Source: an uncultured Holophagales bacterium (GTDB taxonomy: Bacteria; Acidobacteriota; Thermoanaerobaculia; Multivoradales; UBA5704). Taken from it: DNA of 64,000 bases. This document shows, in pieces, positions 9,107 to 18,008 of the stretch. Each line of letters begins with the position of its first letter. Within the stretch, counting starts at the first letter, position 1. The stretch spans positions 96,001 to 160,000 of the forward strand of contig CAWJGT010000004.1 of the NCBI GenBank assembly GCA_963842525.1, read 5' to 3'. The notes beneath the pieces are model-generated. The model searched no databases. It worked only from the letters and a program-made list of their open reading frames with translations, and had not been told where the DNA came from. A program made the position numbers and the translations under genes.

Positions 9107-9174
9107 ACCTCTGACCTCTGAATCTCTGGGCCATGAGTGCGGGGGAGCCCCGAGGGGGGCTTGCCCCCCTCGGG
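9094..9174 (+). other. CTCTG repeats and GC hairpin (putative DGR IMH and stem-loop)
   Basis: Five CTCTG units span the stop codon; perfect 12-bp stem CCCGAGGGGGGC-TT-GCCCCCCTCGGG at 9149-9174 with no U tract. Confidence 0.55.
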
Positions 9175-9379
9175 ACGGTTGGCGGCTCAGGGGGGTGTCT
9201 CGAAAGTCATAGGCGCGAACCGTCCGTTTGCCGGAGCCGTACGGTCCTGGGGTCTTGATGGCGGCGGCGGCCGGAGGGCAGGTTCTGGGGCGCTCCGGCG
9301 GTGTGCGGCAGCGCCGGCCGGCCGATGCCCCGGGCTCTGCCGGGATATGCTCTCCCCACTTTCGGCGGAGACCCTGCGG

Positions 9380-10732
9380 ATGGAGACCGACGCCCGACCG
9401 ACGAGCCCGACGTTTGCGCGGACCCTGACCCTGTTCGACGCCACGATGATCGCCATCAGCGGCGTCATCGGGTCGGGGATCTTCATCAACCCCTATGTGG
9501 TGGCGCGGACGGTCGAGACGCCGTTCCTGATCCTGGCGGTCTGGGTGGCCGGCGGTGTCCTCGCGCTCTTCGGAGCGTTCATATTCGCGGAGCTGAGCAC
9601 GGTGATGCCCAAGGTCGGCGGGCAGTACGCCTTTTTCCGCGAGGCGTTCCATCCCATGGTGGCCTTCCTCCACGGCTGGACGCTCCTGCTGATCGTCCAG
9701 TCCGGGGCCACGGCGGCGGTGGCGGTGGCCTTCTCCCAGTACCTGGGCCGGCTGCTGAATCTGCCCGAGGGAGAAACGACCTGGCTCGCGGTGGCGATCC
9801 TGCTCGGTCTTGCCGGATTCCATGCGCTGGGGATCAAGCCGGGTGCGATCCTCCTCAATGTCGTCACCTTCACCAAGACGCTTGCCCTGGCTCTGTTGAT
9901 CCTCGGCGCGTTCCTGCTGACCCGCAAGTCCGGGATCACCTTCGAGCCGCTGACGCCTCCCGGGCTCGGCGGGCTGCCGCTGGTGTCGGCCTTCTTCGCC
10001 GGGCTGGTGCCGGCCATGTTTGCCTATGGCGGCTGGCAGAACCTCAACTATGTGTCCGAGGAGGTGCGCGACCCGGTGCGCAACCTGCCGCGGGCAATCC
10101 GCTTCGGGGTCTTTTGCGTGATCGCCGTCTACGTGAGCGCGAATGTGGCCTATCTCCATGTCCTGTCGGCCCCGGCCCTGGCCGCGACGACGACGCCGGC
10201 AGCGGATGTGGCGGCGCGGCTGATGGGGGAGACCGGGGCGAAGGTGGTCAGCCTCCTCATCGTGGTCTCGACGTTCGGGTTCCTGAACCTGTCACTCCTC
10301 GCCGCGCCGCGCGTCTATTACGCCATGGCCGCGGACGGCCTGTTTTTCCGGTCGCTCGCGCGCCTGAGCCCCCGCTTTCGGGTGCCGACCGCGGCGATCC
10401 TCCTCCAGGGAGCCGTGGCCGCGGTTCTCGCCCTTTCCCGGACCTATGACCGTCTGTTGAGCTACGCGGTCTTCGCCGACTGGATTTTCTTCGTCCTTTC
10501 GGGAGTGGCTCTCCTGGTCTTCCGCCGCACGCTTCCGGATGCGCCACGGCCATACCCCACGCCGGCCTACCCCTGGGTGCCGATCCTGTTCGCCCTGGCC
10601 GGTGCGGGGATCGTGATCAACGTCTTCTTCACGGACCTCCACAACGCCCTCATCGGGACGGCGATCATCGCGCTGGGCGTCCCGGTCTACTTTGTCTGGC
10701 GGACTGGGGGGCGGAGAGGCCGGCAGCCGTAG
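9380..10732 (+). CDS. APC family amino acid permease
   Basis: IGSGIF in TM1, AELSTVMPKVGGQY, FAYGGWQ...EEVRDP; about 12 TM segments. Start uncertain. Confidence 0.9.
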   Translation: METDARPTSPTFARTLTLFDATMIAISGVIGSGIFINPYVVARTVETPFLILAVWVAGGVLALFGAFIFAELSTVMPKVGGQYAFFREAFHPMVAFLHGWTLLLIVQSGATAAVAVAFSQYLGRLLNLPEGETTWLAVAILLGLAGFHALGIKPGAILLNVVTFTKTLALALLILGAFLLTRKSGITFEPLTPPGLGGLPLVSAFFAGLVPAMFAYGGWQNLNYVSEEVRDPVRNLPRAIRFGVFCVIAVYVSANVAYLHVLSAPALAATTTPAADVAARLMGETGAKVVSLLIVVSTFGFLNLSLLAAPRVYYAMAADGLFFRSLARLSPRFRVPTAAILLQGAVAAVLALSRTYDRLLSYAVFADWIFFVLSGVALLVFRRTLPDAPRPYPTPAYPWVPILFALAGAGIVINVFFTDLHNALIGTAIIALGVPVYFVWRTGGRRGRQP

Positions 10733-10767
10733 TAAGCTGAACGAGGCCAAGCCATGGAGGTGGGATC

Positions 10768-11019
10768 GTGAGTGCCATTCAAGTCGAAGTTCCCGAAGAG
10801 ACGCTGATCAGCTTGAAGACGGACCGTGAGTCGTTCGCCCGCGATGTCATCGTCCTCGCGGCCGTCAAGCTGTTCGAGCTTGGAAAGCTCTCGTCTGGGA
10901 GGGCTGCGCAGCTTGCTGGCATGGCACGGGCCGAGTTCCTGCTGGCTCTTCGCCGTTATCAGGTTTCCCCTTTTCAGATGACCGCTGAAGAGCTGCGGCA
11001 AGACATCCGCAATGCCTGA
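10768..11019 (+). CDS. UPF0175 family antitoxin
   Basis: LFELGKLSSGRAAQLAGMARAEFL; overlaps the downstream PIN gene. Confidence 0.85.
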   Translation: MSAIQVEVPEETLISLKTDRESFARDVIVLAAVKLFELGKLSSGRAAQLAGMARAEFLLALRRYQVSPFQMTAEELRQDIRNA

Positions 11020-11512
11020 CCGACAGGTCATCTGCAATACCTCGCCGCTGCTGTATCTTCATCAAGTCGGGCAACTCGACCTGCTCAGGGGGCTTTATGG
11101 CGTGGTGCAGGCTCCTACGGCTGTCCAGGAGGAGTTGCATGCCGGAGCCGGGCTAGGGATCTCGACTCCGAATTTGGACGAGATCGAGTGGATCCACGTC
11201 CGTCCGGTTCCTGACCGATCCCTCCTGCCTGCGATTGTGGATCTGGGACCGGGAGAGGCCGAGGCAATCGCCCTGGCACTTTCAACTCCCGGGAGTCTGC
11301 TCATCCTCGACGACTCCCTTGGCCGCAGGATCGCACGCCTGAGCAGAATCATGTGTACAGGCACGCTTGGAGTCCTGGTCAAGGCGAAGCAGGCGGGGAT
11401 CCTCTCGCAGGTTACTCCCGTCATCGAAGCTCTCCGGGAGACGACCATGTATCTGTCCTTGGACCTGATCGCCGTAGTGTTGGCGGAAGCCGGAGAGGCT
11501 GGGCTTCAGTGA
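11012..11512 (+). CDS. DUF3368-type PIN domain protein (putative toxin)
   Basis: ICNTSPL, DLGPGEAEAI, LILDD..GR, GTLGVL. Confidence 0.85.
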   Translation: MPDRQVICNTSPLLYLHQVGQLDLLRGLYGVVQAPTAVQEELHAGAGLGISTPNLDEIEWIHVRPVPDRSLLPAIVDLGPGEAEAIALALSTPGSLLILDDSLGRRIARLSRIMCTGTLGVLVKAKQAGILSQVTPVIEALRETTMYLSLDLIAVVLAEAGEAGLQ

Positions 11513-12588
11513 CCAAAGGCAGCATCTACATGCGCTGGGCCAAGGAGCATGCCGCGGCCCGGTACAACCTCGCCAACAGCGGGATGCTGCGGTGCGAGGC
11601 GAGCGAGCTCGAGTTGGAGCCGGGCGACGTTCTGGTCAACGCTGTGAATCCGGACGGATACCCTCCGCTCCTCGAGGCACTTGCGGGGCGCTATGGCGTG
11701 GCCCCGGAGCAGGTGGTGCCTGCAGCTGGAGCGTCAGGGGCGAACTTCCTTGCCCTTGCCGCCCTGGTCGATCCTGGGGACGTGGTGCTTGTCGAGCAGC
11801 CCACGTATGAGCCGCTCCTGGCGGCTTTGCGATTCCTAGGAGCGGAGATCCGGCGCTTGCCCCGCCGGTTCGAGGACGGCTGGCAGATCGATCCGGATGC
11901 CTTGCGGGCGGCCCTCTCGGACCGGGTCCGCCTGGTGGTGCTCACCAATCCGCACAACCCCAGCGGTGTGCTCCTGGAGCCCGCCGCGGTCGCGGCGGTG
12001 GCGCAGCTCGCCGAGGCGGTGGGTGCGCGGGTGCTGGTGGATGAGGTCTACCGGGATCTCTGGTTCGAGGAGGCGCCGCCGAGCCATGTGCACCTCGGGC
12101 CGCACGTGCTTGCCACGAGCAGCTTGACGAAGACGCATGGCCTTTCGGGCCTGCGCTGCGGCTGGGTGCTCTGTGCGCCGGATCTGGCCGACAGGATGCG
12201 GCGGGTGCGCGATTTCATGGAGGCGGGGGGCTCGGTGCCGAGCGACGGCCTCGCCGTGGCGGCCCTCCGGCAGATCGACCGGCTGGAGGCTCGCAGCCGG
12301 GCGATCCTCGACCCGAACCTCCGGCAGGTGCGTGCATTCCTCGACGAGCACGCCGACCTGCTCGACTGCGTGGTGCCCCGGCGCGCCATGAAGGTCTTCC
12401 CGCGTCTGCGGAACGAGGCCGACAGCGAGCCGCTCCACGACTGGCTGCGGGGACGGGACACTTCGATCGTGCCGGGGAAGTTCTTCGAGGAGCCGCGGCA
12501 CTTCCGTCTGGGGTTCGCGGTCCGGCCGGAGGACGTGGCCGCGGGCCTGCGGCATCTATCCGAGGGGTTGCGGCGCCTCACCGGGTGA
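11509..12588 (+). CDS. PLP-dependent aminotransferase class I/II
   Basis: TNPHNPSG, VDEVY, SLTKTHGLSGLRCGW; GTG start overlaps the previous stop. Confidence 0.9.
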   Translation: MTKGSIYMRWAKEHAAARYNLANSGMLRCEASELELEPGDVLVNAVNPDGYPPLLEALAGRYGVAPEQVVPAAGASGANFLALAALVDPGDVVLVEQPTYEPLLAALRFLGAEIRRLPRRFEDGWQIDPDALRAALSDRVRLVVLTNPHNPSGVLLEPAAVAAVAQLAEAVGARVLVDEVYRDLWFEEAPPSHVHLGPHVLATSSLTKTHGLSGLRCGWVLCAPDLADRMRRVRDFMEAGGSVPSDGLAVAALRQIDRLEARSRAILDPNLRQVRAFLDEHADLLDCVVPRRAMKVFPRLRNEADSEPLHDWLRGRDTSIVPGKFFEEPRHFRLGFAVRPEDVAAGLRHLSEGLRRLTG

Positions 12589-13363
12589 GGAGCCGTTCCA
12601 GCAACTCCCGAACCTCCTTCGGGTTGCGCAGTGAATAGGCCGCCGCGGTGGTCCGCGGCTTCTCGGCGACGAGGATGCCGATGCCGCGGTCCGCGATGGC
12701 TCGGAAGGCGTCCTCGTCGGTGACGTCGTCTCCTACATAGAGGGGGACCACCTCGGGATGGTCGTGGCCGAGATGCTGGGTATGGAGCAGCCAGAGCAGG
12801 GCCTTGCCCTTGTCCCAGTTGAGGTTCGGACGGAGCTCGAAGACTTTCTTGCCGAAGGCCTTCTTGAGCTCGGGGTGATGCGCAAGGACGGCGTCCACCG
12901 AGTCTTCGATGAGCGGCAGATCCTCCTCGCAGGCGAGGCGGTAGTGGACCGCGACCGAGGACCCCTTGGGCTCGACCAGGACGCCCTCGATCCCGGCCAG
13001 CGCCTCGCACAGGCGCTCCGTGGCTTGGTCGATGCTCTCCGGAATCCCATCGCCCACCTCGTGCCGGACATCCGGCCCGGCGATGTCGAAGCCGTGGCTC
13101 CCGGCGTAGGTCAGATCGTCGAGGCCGACCAGGGCGGCGACGTCCTCGCGGCTGCGGCCCGAGAGGATGGCGACGGGGAAGCGCTCGGCGAGCCGGCGCA
13201 GGACCTCCCGCGTCGCCTCGGGGAGCGTGGCGAGGTCCGGGCGGAGTGCGATGGGGGAGAGGGTGCCGTCGTAGTCGAGGAAGATCGCGGGTCGGCGGCC
13301 CGCGAGGCGGCGCTCGATTTCGTCCCAGTGCTCCAGGGCCGGGGGTCGGCAGCCGTTCCTCAC
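12578..13363 (-). CDS. otsB: Trehalose-6-phosphate phosphatase
   Basis: HAD motifs FLDYDGTL, GSHG, WDKG, GDDVTDEDAF. GTG at 13363 has a GGAGGAGG SD and overlaps the otsA stop. Confidence 0.9.
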   Translation of the reverse strand: MRNGCRPPALEHWDEIERRLAGRRPAIFLDYDGTLSPIALRPDLATLPEATREVLRRLAERFPVAILSGRSREDVAALVGLDDLTYAGSHGFDIAGPDVRHEVGDGIPESIDQATERLCEALAGIEGVLVEPKGSSVAVHYRLACEEDLPLIEDSVDAVLAHHPELKKAFGKKVFELRPNLNWDKGKALLWLLHTQHLGHDHPEVVPLYVGDDVTDEDAFRAIADRGIGILVAEKPRTTAAAYSLRNPKEVRELLERLLTR

Positions 13364-14865
13364 CCCTCCTCCATCAGGAGGGCGTCCATCGGGATCGGCG
13401 GCAGGTACTCCGCCGGGGTCCGGAAATCGTCCGGCACGGAGCCCAGGGCGGCGCGCAGGTAGTAGTCGACCCACCAGAAGATGTCCTGCTCGTGGACGAT
13501 CTTCTGCATCGCCTCCATCCGCCGCCGCCGCTCGGCGTCCGGCATGTCGAAGGCGGCCTTGAGCGCGTCGGCCATCCCCTCGATGTCGTGCGGGTTGACC
13601 AGCAGGGCCCCCTCCTGGAGCTGCGAGGCCGCCCCCGCGAGCTCGGAGAGGACGAGGACGCCGGTGCGGTCGATCTGGCAGGCGCAGAATTCCTTGGCCA
13701 CGAGGTTCATGCCGTCCTTGATCGAGGTGACGAAGCCGACCCGCGCCATGCGGTAGAGGGACAGCAGGTCGCGGCGGGTCAGGCTCTTGTAATGATATTG
13801 GATCGGCACCCAGCCTGCCATGGAGAACTCGCCGTTGATCTCCCCGACCAGCCGCTCGATGTGGGCCTTGAGGGCCTGGTACTCGGGCACCCCTTCGCGG
13901 CTGGGCACCACGACCTGCATCAGGATCGCGCGCTCGCGCAGCTCCGGGAAACGCCGCAGGGCGTCGCGAAAGGCCTCCAGGCGCTCGGGCAGCCCTTTGG
14001 TGTAGTCCAGGCGGTCGACCCCGACGATCAGGTGCGCCGGGCCCATCCTGCGCCGCAGGTCCTCGATCCGCCGCTCCACCTCGTCGGAGCGCGCGCCGGC
14101 CTCGAACGACTTGGCGTCGATGCCGATGGGGAAGGCGCCGACGCGCACCATCCGGGGGCCGATCCGCACTTCGACGATCGGACCGTCGCTGTCGAGGATC
14201 CCGGCCTGCGGCACAAGCTGCTCCAGGCAGGTCAGGAAGTTGCGGCTGTCGCGCGGGGTCTGGAAGCCGATGAGGTCGTAGGCGAGCAGGGCGCTCAGGA
14301 TCTGGGCCCGCCAGGGGAGCCTCAGGAGCATGTCGAGCGGTGGGAACGGGATGTGGAGGAAGAAGCCGATCCGCCGCGACTCCGTCTGCTCGCGGACGAA
14401 GTGGGCGACATGGATGAGCTGGTAGTCCTGGACCCAGATGAAATCGTCCTCGTCGCTGTTCGCGAGGACTCCATCGGCGAACTTGCGGTTCACCTTCTGA
14501 TAGGCGTACCAGAACGACGGGTCGAAGTTGCACTGGCCGAGCAGATCGTGGAAGAGCGGCCAGACGATGGCGTTGGAGAACCCTTCGTAGAAGCCCTTGA
14601 CCTCCTCTTCGCTCAGCAGGACCGGGACGAGCTCGTAGCCGTGCTCTCCATGGCCTTCCGCAAGGACGGCTTCCCAGGAGCCTTCCTTTTCGAGAGGCAG
14701 GCCCGGCCAACCGATCCACCGGCCGCCGCGATGGGAGAGCACGGGTGCGAGGGCGCTCACCAGCCCTCCCGAGCCCGGCTTGAGGCTCCATCCCGAATCC
14801 TTCCTCTCGAGTACGATCGGCAGGCGGTTGGAGACGACGAGGAGACGACGGCCAGGCGAGCTCAA
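13360..14865 (-). CDS. otsA: Trehalose-6-phosphate synthase
   Basis: VSNRLP, GGLVSAL, FFLHIPFP, VDRLDYTKG, DGMNLVAKE. Probable TTG start at 14865, since the ORF further upstream runs into a repeat. Confidence 0.92.
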   Translation of the reverse strand: MSSPGRRLLVVSNRLPIVLERKDSGWSLKPGSGGLVSALAPVLSHRGGRWIGWPGLPLEKEGSWEAVLAEGHGEHGYELVPVLLSEEEVKGFYEGFSNAIVWPLFHDLLGQCNFDPSFWYAYQKVNRKFADGVLANSDEDDFIWVQDYQLIHVAHFVREQTESRRIGFFLHIPFPPLDMLLRLPWRAQILSALLAYDLIGFQTPRDSRNFLTCLEQLVPQAGILDSDGPIVEVRIGPRMVRVGAFPIGIDAKSFEAGARSDEVERRIEDLRRRMGPAHLIVGVDRLDYTKGLPERLEAFRDALRRFPELRERAILMQVVVPSREGVPEYQALKAHIERLVGEINGEFSMAGWVPIQYHYKSLTRRDLLSLYRMARVGFVTSIKDGMNLVAKEFCACQIDRTGVLVLSELAGAASQLQEGALLVNPHDIEGMADALKAAFDMPDAERRRRMEAMQKIVHEQDIFWWVDYYLRAALGSVPDDFRTPAEYLPPIPMDALLMEEG

Positions 14866-14898
14866 AACATCCAGGATCTTGTGCAATCCGTGAGCCAG

Positions 14899-15051
14899 AA
14901 GCCCCCTCCCCCGACCCCTCCCCCGCGCGGCCACCACCACCCGCCCCGAGCGGGAGAGGGGAGCCCCCTCTCAGTTTCTGGTTTTCTCCCCTCTCCCGTT
15001 CGGGGTGGAAGGGCGGTGGACGCACGGGGGAGGGGTCGGGGGAGGGGGCTT
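14899..15051. repeat. CCCTC(T/C)CCC/GGGAGAGGG-family long palindrome
   Basis: 27-bp perfect terminal IR AAGCCCCCTCCCCCGACCCCTCCCCCG with internal hairpins. Confidence 0.85.
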
Positions 15052-15085
15052 CAACTTTTCGCCGGCTATTGCGTAGAGTGAAGCC

Positions 15086-17359
15086 ATGCCCTTCGTGTGC
15101 TCCAAGTGGATCCGGATCCATGCTCCTCTGCTCGCCGTTCTAGCTTTCGCTGCCGCGGTCCCCCTCCAGGCCCAGAGCCCGGAGCCTTTGCCGCCCCTGC
15201 CGGACATCCGCGTGGAACGGGCAGCCGGCGAGATCACGATCGACGGCCAGCTCGGCGATCCGGGGTGGCAGGGGGCGGCCCGGGTCGACACCTTCTTCGA
15301 GACCAATCCGGGGGACAACGTGCCGCCGAAGGTGCCTACCGTCGCCTGGCTCACCTACGACGACCATTTCTTCTATGCCGCCTTCGACTTCGAGGACGAT
15401 CCCAAGACCCTCCGCGCGCCGCTCGGCGACCGCGACAACGTCCCCAGCTCCACCGATTACGGCGGGCTGATCCTCGACACCCGCAACGACGGCCGGACGG
15501 CGGTGATGATGCTGGTCAATCCCAGCAATATCCAGTATGACGCCCTGACCAGCGACGCCAGCGGCGAGGACTCCTCCTACGACCTCTTCTGGGATTCGGC
15601 GACCCGCGTCACCGAGCGCGGATGGACGCTGGAGATCCGCGTCCCCTTCTCGTCGCTGCGGTACGACAAGGCCGACCCCCAGACCTGGGGCATCCTCATC
15701 TATCGCAACCGTCCTCGCGACTTCCGGTACCAGATGTTCAGCAACCGGCTGCCGCGCGCCTCCAACTGCTTCATCTGTCACGAGAGGAAGCTCGTCGGTC
15801 TTACGGGCCTGCCCGCCGGCAACCATCTGGTGCTGGCGCCCTATGCCACGTCCCGGCAGCCCTGGCGTCCCGCCGGCGCGCTGGGATCGTCTCTGGAGGA
15901 GGAGACGCTGGAGTGGGACGGCGGCCTCGACGCCAAGTGGACGCCCAACGCCGACACGGCGCTCGATGCGACGATCAATCCCGACTTCTCGCAGATCGAG
16001 TCGGACGTGGCGCAGATCGCCACCAACGAGCGCTTCGCCCTGTTCTTCCCGGAGAGGCGCCCCTTCTTCCTCGAAGGCCTCGACCTGTTCGCGACGCCGA
16101 TCCAGGCGGTCTACACCCGCACCATCACCTCGCCGCGCTGGGGTTTGCGCTCGACCGGCGAGCTCGCCAATACGGCCTATACCCTGCTGGTCACCCAGGA
16201 CCGGGGCGGCGGCAGCGTCATCATCCCCGGCGCCGAGTCGTCGAGCCTCGCCCTCCAGGACTTCGCCTCGACGGTCGTCGTCGGCCGGGCGCGCCGCGAC
16301 CTGGGCCGGTCGTTCGTCAGCTTCCTGCTCACCAGCCGCGAGGTCGAGGGCGGCGGCCACAACCGGGTCGGCGGGCCGGACTTCCAGTGGCGCCCCTCGG
16401 AGGCGGATACGGTCACGGGGCAGCTCCTGGCGAGCGACAGCCGCACGCCCGAGCGGCCGGAGCTGGCCGCGGAATGGGACGGCCGCAGCCTCACCTCGCA
16501 CGCGGTTTTCTTCTCCTGGGAACACTCCAAGCGCACCCACGCCTGGGTTCTGCAGCTCAAGGACATCGGCGACGACTTCCGGGCCGATGCCGGTTTCCTG
16601 CCTCAGGTCGGCTTCCGCGAAGCCGACGGCCAGGCCAGCCGCCGCTTCTATCCCACCAAAGGGCCCTTCCACCGGATCCGCCCGTTCGCCCGGGTGCGCT
16701 ATACCGCTGACAGGGAGGGAGACCTCATCTTCCAGCGGGCGTTTCCAGGGATCGGGATGGAGGGGAAGTGGAACAGCTACGCCGAGGTCGACTACTTCTT
16801 CGACCGGGTGCGTGCGGGGGAGCGCCTCTTCGACCGCCAGCAACTTTCCTGGTACGTCGAGATGAGCCCTTCGGGGTCGGTCACCGACGTCTCCTTCGAG
16901 GGCTGGGCCGGCGAGGAGGTCGACTTCGACAACGTTCGGGCCGGTGAGGGGGCGTCGATCGGGGTGAGCGCCACGCTGCGGCCGACGAACCACCTGGAGC
17001 TGCGCCTGAACGGCAGCCGACGCTGGCTCGACCTGGCCGAAGGGCCTCACACCGGAGAGCGCCTGTTCACGGCCGAGGTGGCGCGCCTGCGGGCGACCTA
17101 TACGTTCACCTCGCGGGCCTTCCTGCGGCTGATCGGCCAGCAGGTGCGGGCCGAATTCGATCCGGCGCTCTACACTTTCGAGGTCGCGCCGGAGGACGAG
17201 TCCTTCTCCGGCTCGGCGCTCTTCGCCTACAAGCTCAACTGGCAGACCGTGCTTTTCCTGGGCTATGGCGACGAGCGGGCCCTTGCCGAGACCACCGGCC
17301 GGCTGGAGCGCTCCGGCCGTGAGCTGTTCCTGAAGATCTCGTACGCGTTCCAGAGATAG
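15086..17359 (+). CDS. CBM9-like/DUF5916 outer-membrane protein
   Basis: Signal peptide, ITIDGQLGDPGW, EIRVPFSSLRY, TINPDFSQIESD, FFPERRPFFLEG; beta-barrel-like C-terminus FLKISYAF. Confidence 0.85.
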   Translation: MPFVCSKWIRIHAPLLAVLAFAAAVPLQAQSPEPLPPLPDIRVERAAGEITIDGQLGDPGWQGAARVDTFFETNPGDNVPPKVPTVAWLTYDDHFFYAAFDFEDDPKTLRAPLGDRDNVPSSTDYGGLILDTRNDGRTAVMMLVNPSNIQYDALTSDASGEDSSYDLFWDSATRVTERGWTLEIRVPFSSLRYDKADPQTWGILIYRNRPRDFRYQMFSNRLPRASNCFICHERKLVGLTGLPAGNHLVLAPYATSRQPWRPAGALGSSLEEETLEWDGGLDAKWTPNADTALDATINPDFSQIESDVAQIATNERFALFFPERRPFFLEGLDLFATPIQAVYTRTITSPRWGLRSTGELANTAYTLLVTQDRGGGSVIIPGAESSSLALQDFASTVVVGRARRDLGRSFVSFLLTSREVEGGGHNRVGGPDFQWRPSEADTVTGQLLASDSRTPERPELAAEWDGRSLTSHAVFFSWEHSKRTHAWVLQLKDIGDDFRADAGFLPQVGFREADGQASRRFYPTKGPFHRIRPFARVRYTADREGDLIFQRAFPGIGMEGKWNSYAEVDYFFDRVRAGERLFDRQQLSWYVEMSPSGSVTDVSFEGWAGEEVDFDNVRAGEGASIGVSATLRPTNHLELRLNGSRRWLDLAEGPHTGERLFTAEVARLRATYTFTSRAFLRLIGQQVRAEFDPALYTFEVAPEDESFSGSALFAYKLNWQTVLFLGYGDERALAETTGRLERSGRELFLKISYAFQR

Positions 17360-17390
17360 AATCCCCTCTCATCATTCCGGGAGGAGAGCC

Positions 17391-17996
17391 ATGGGTGTCG
17401 ACGAGCAGCTTCAGCAGGGCGAGGAGATCGTCTACCGGGCGCACGTGACCCGGATTTCGCTGGTCCCCTGGGTTGTGGCCCTCGTCGTGGTCCTGGCCGC
17501 CGGGGTGTTCGCGTGGAGCGTCCTGGCCCACGACGTCCTGTTCTTCGTGAGCCTGGCGATCTGCCTGGTGCTCCTGGGCGTGATCGTGGTCAAGCTCGTG
17601 GTGCTCCGCTTCCAGGAGCACGTCCTGACGGACCGGCGGGTGATCCAGCATCTCGGAGTGTTCAACCGGCGGTCGGTGGATGCCCGCCTCGACAAGATCA
17701 ACAACGTCGAGCACCGGCAGACGATCTGGGGGAGGATCCTGGGCTACGGCGACCTGGAGATCGATACCGCGAGCGAGACCGGCACGACCCGCTTCCACAA
17801 GATCCGCCACCCGCTCGATTTCAAACTCGCCATCATGGGCGCCGCCGAGACCTACCGCGCCCGCGGCATCGCCGCCCCGGTCGCCGTCGTCTCGCCCGCC
17901 GAGAAGATCCGCCAGCTCAAGGCCCTCCTGGACGACGGCCTGATCTCCGCCCAGGAGTTCGAAGCCAAGCGGCGGCAGTTGCTGGAAGAGATGTAG
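17391..17996 (+). CDS. Membrane protein with bacterial PH domain and C-terminal SHOCT
   Basis: Two TM segments, LTDRRVI...GRILGYGDLEI, KIRQLKALLDDGLISAQEFEAKR. Confidence 0.85.
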   Translation: MGVDEQLQQGEEIVYRAHVTRISLVPWVVALVVVLAAGVFAWSVLAHDVLFFVSLAICLVLLGVIVVKLVVLRFQEHVLTDRRVIQHLGVFNRRSVDARLDKINNVEHRQTIWGRILGYGDLEIDTASETGTTRFHKIRHPLDFKLAIMGAAETYRARGIAAPVAVVSPAEKIRQLKALLDDGLISAQEFEAKRRQLLEEM

Positions 17997-18008
17997 AATC
18001 CGGCGGTA

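Noticed and set aside
12578-15121. 847-aa ORF as an OtsA-OtsB fusion
   Set aside because: The upstream part is an off-frame shadow of otsA; otsB has its own SD and GTG at 13363.
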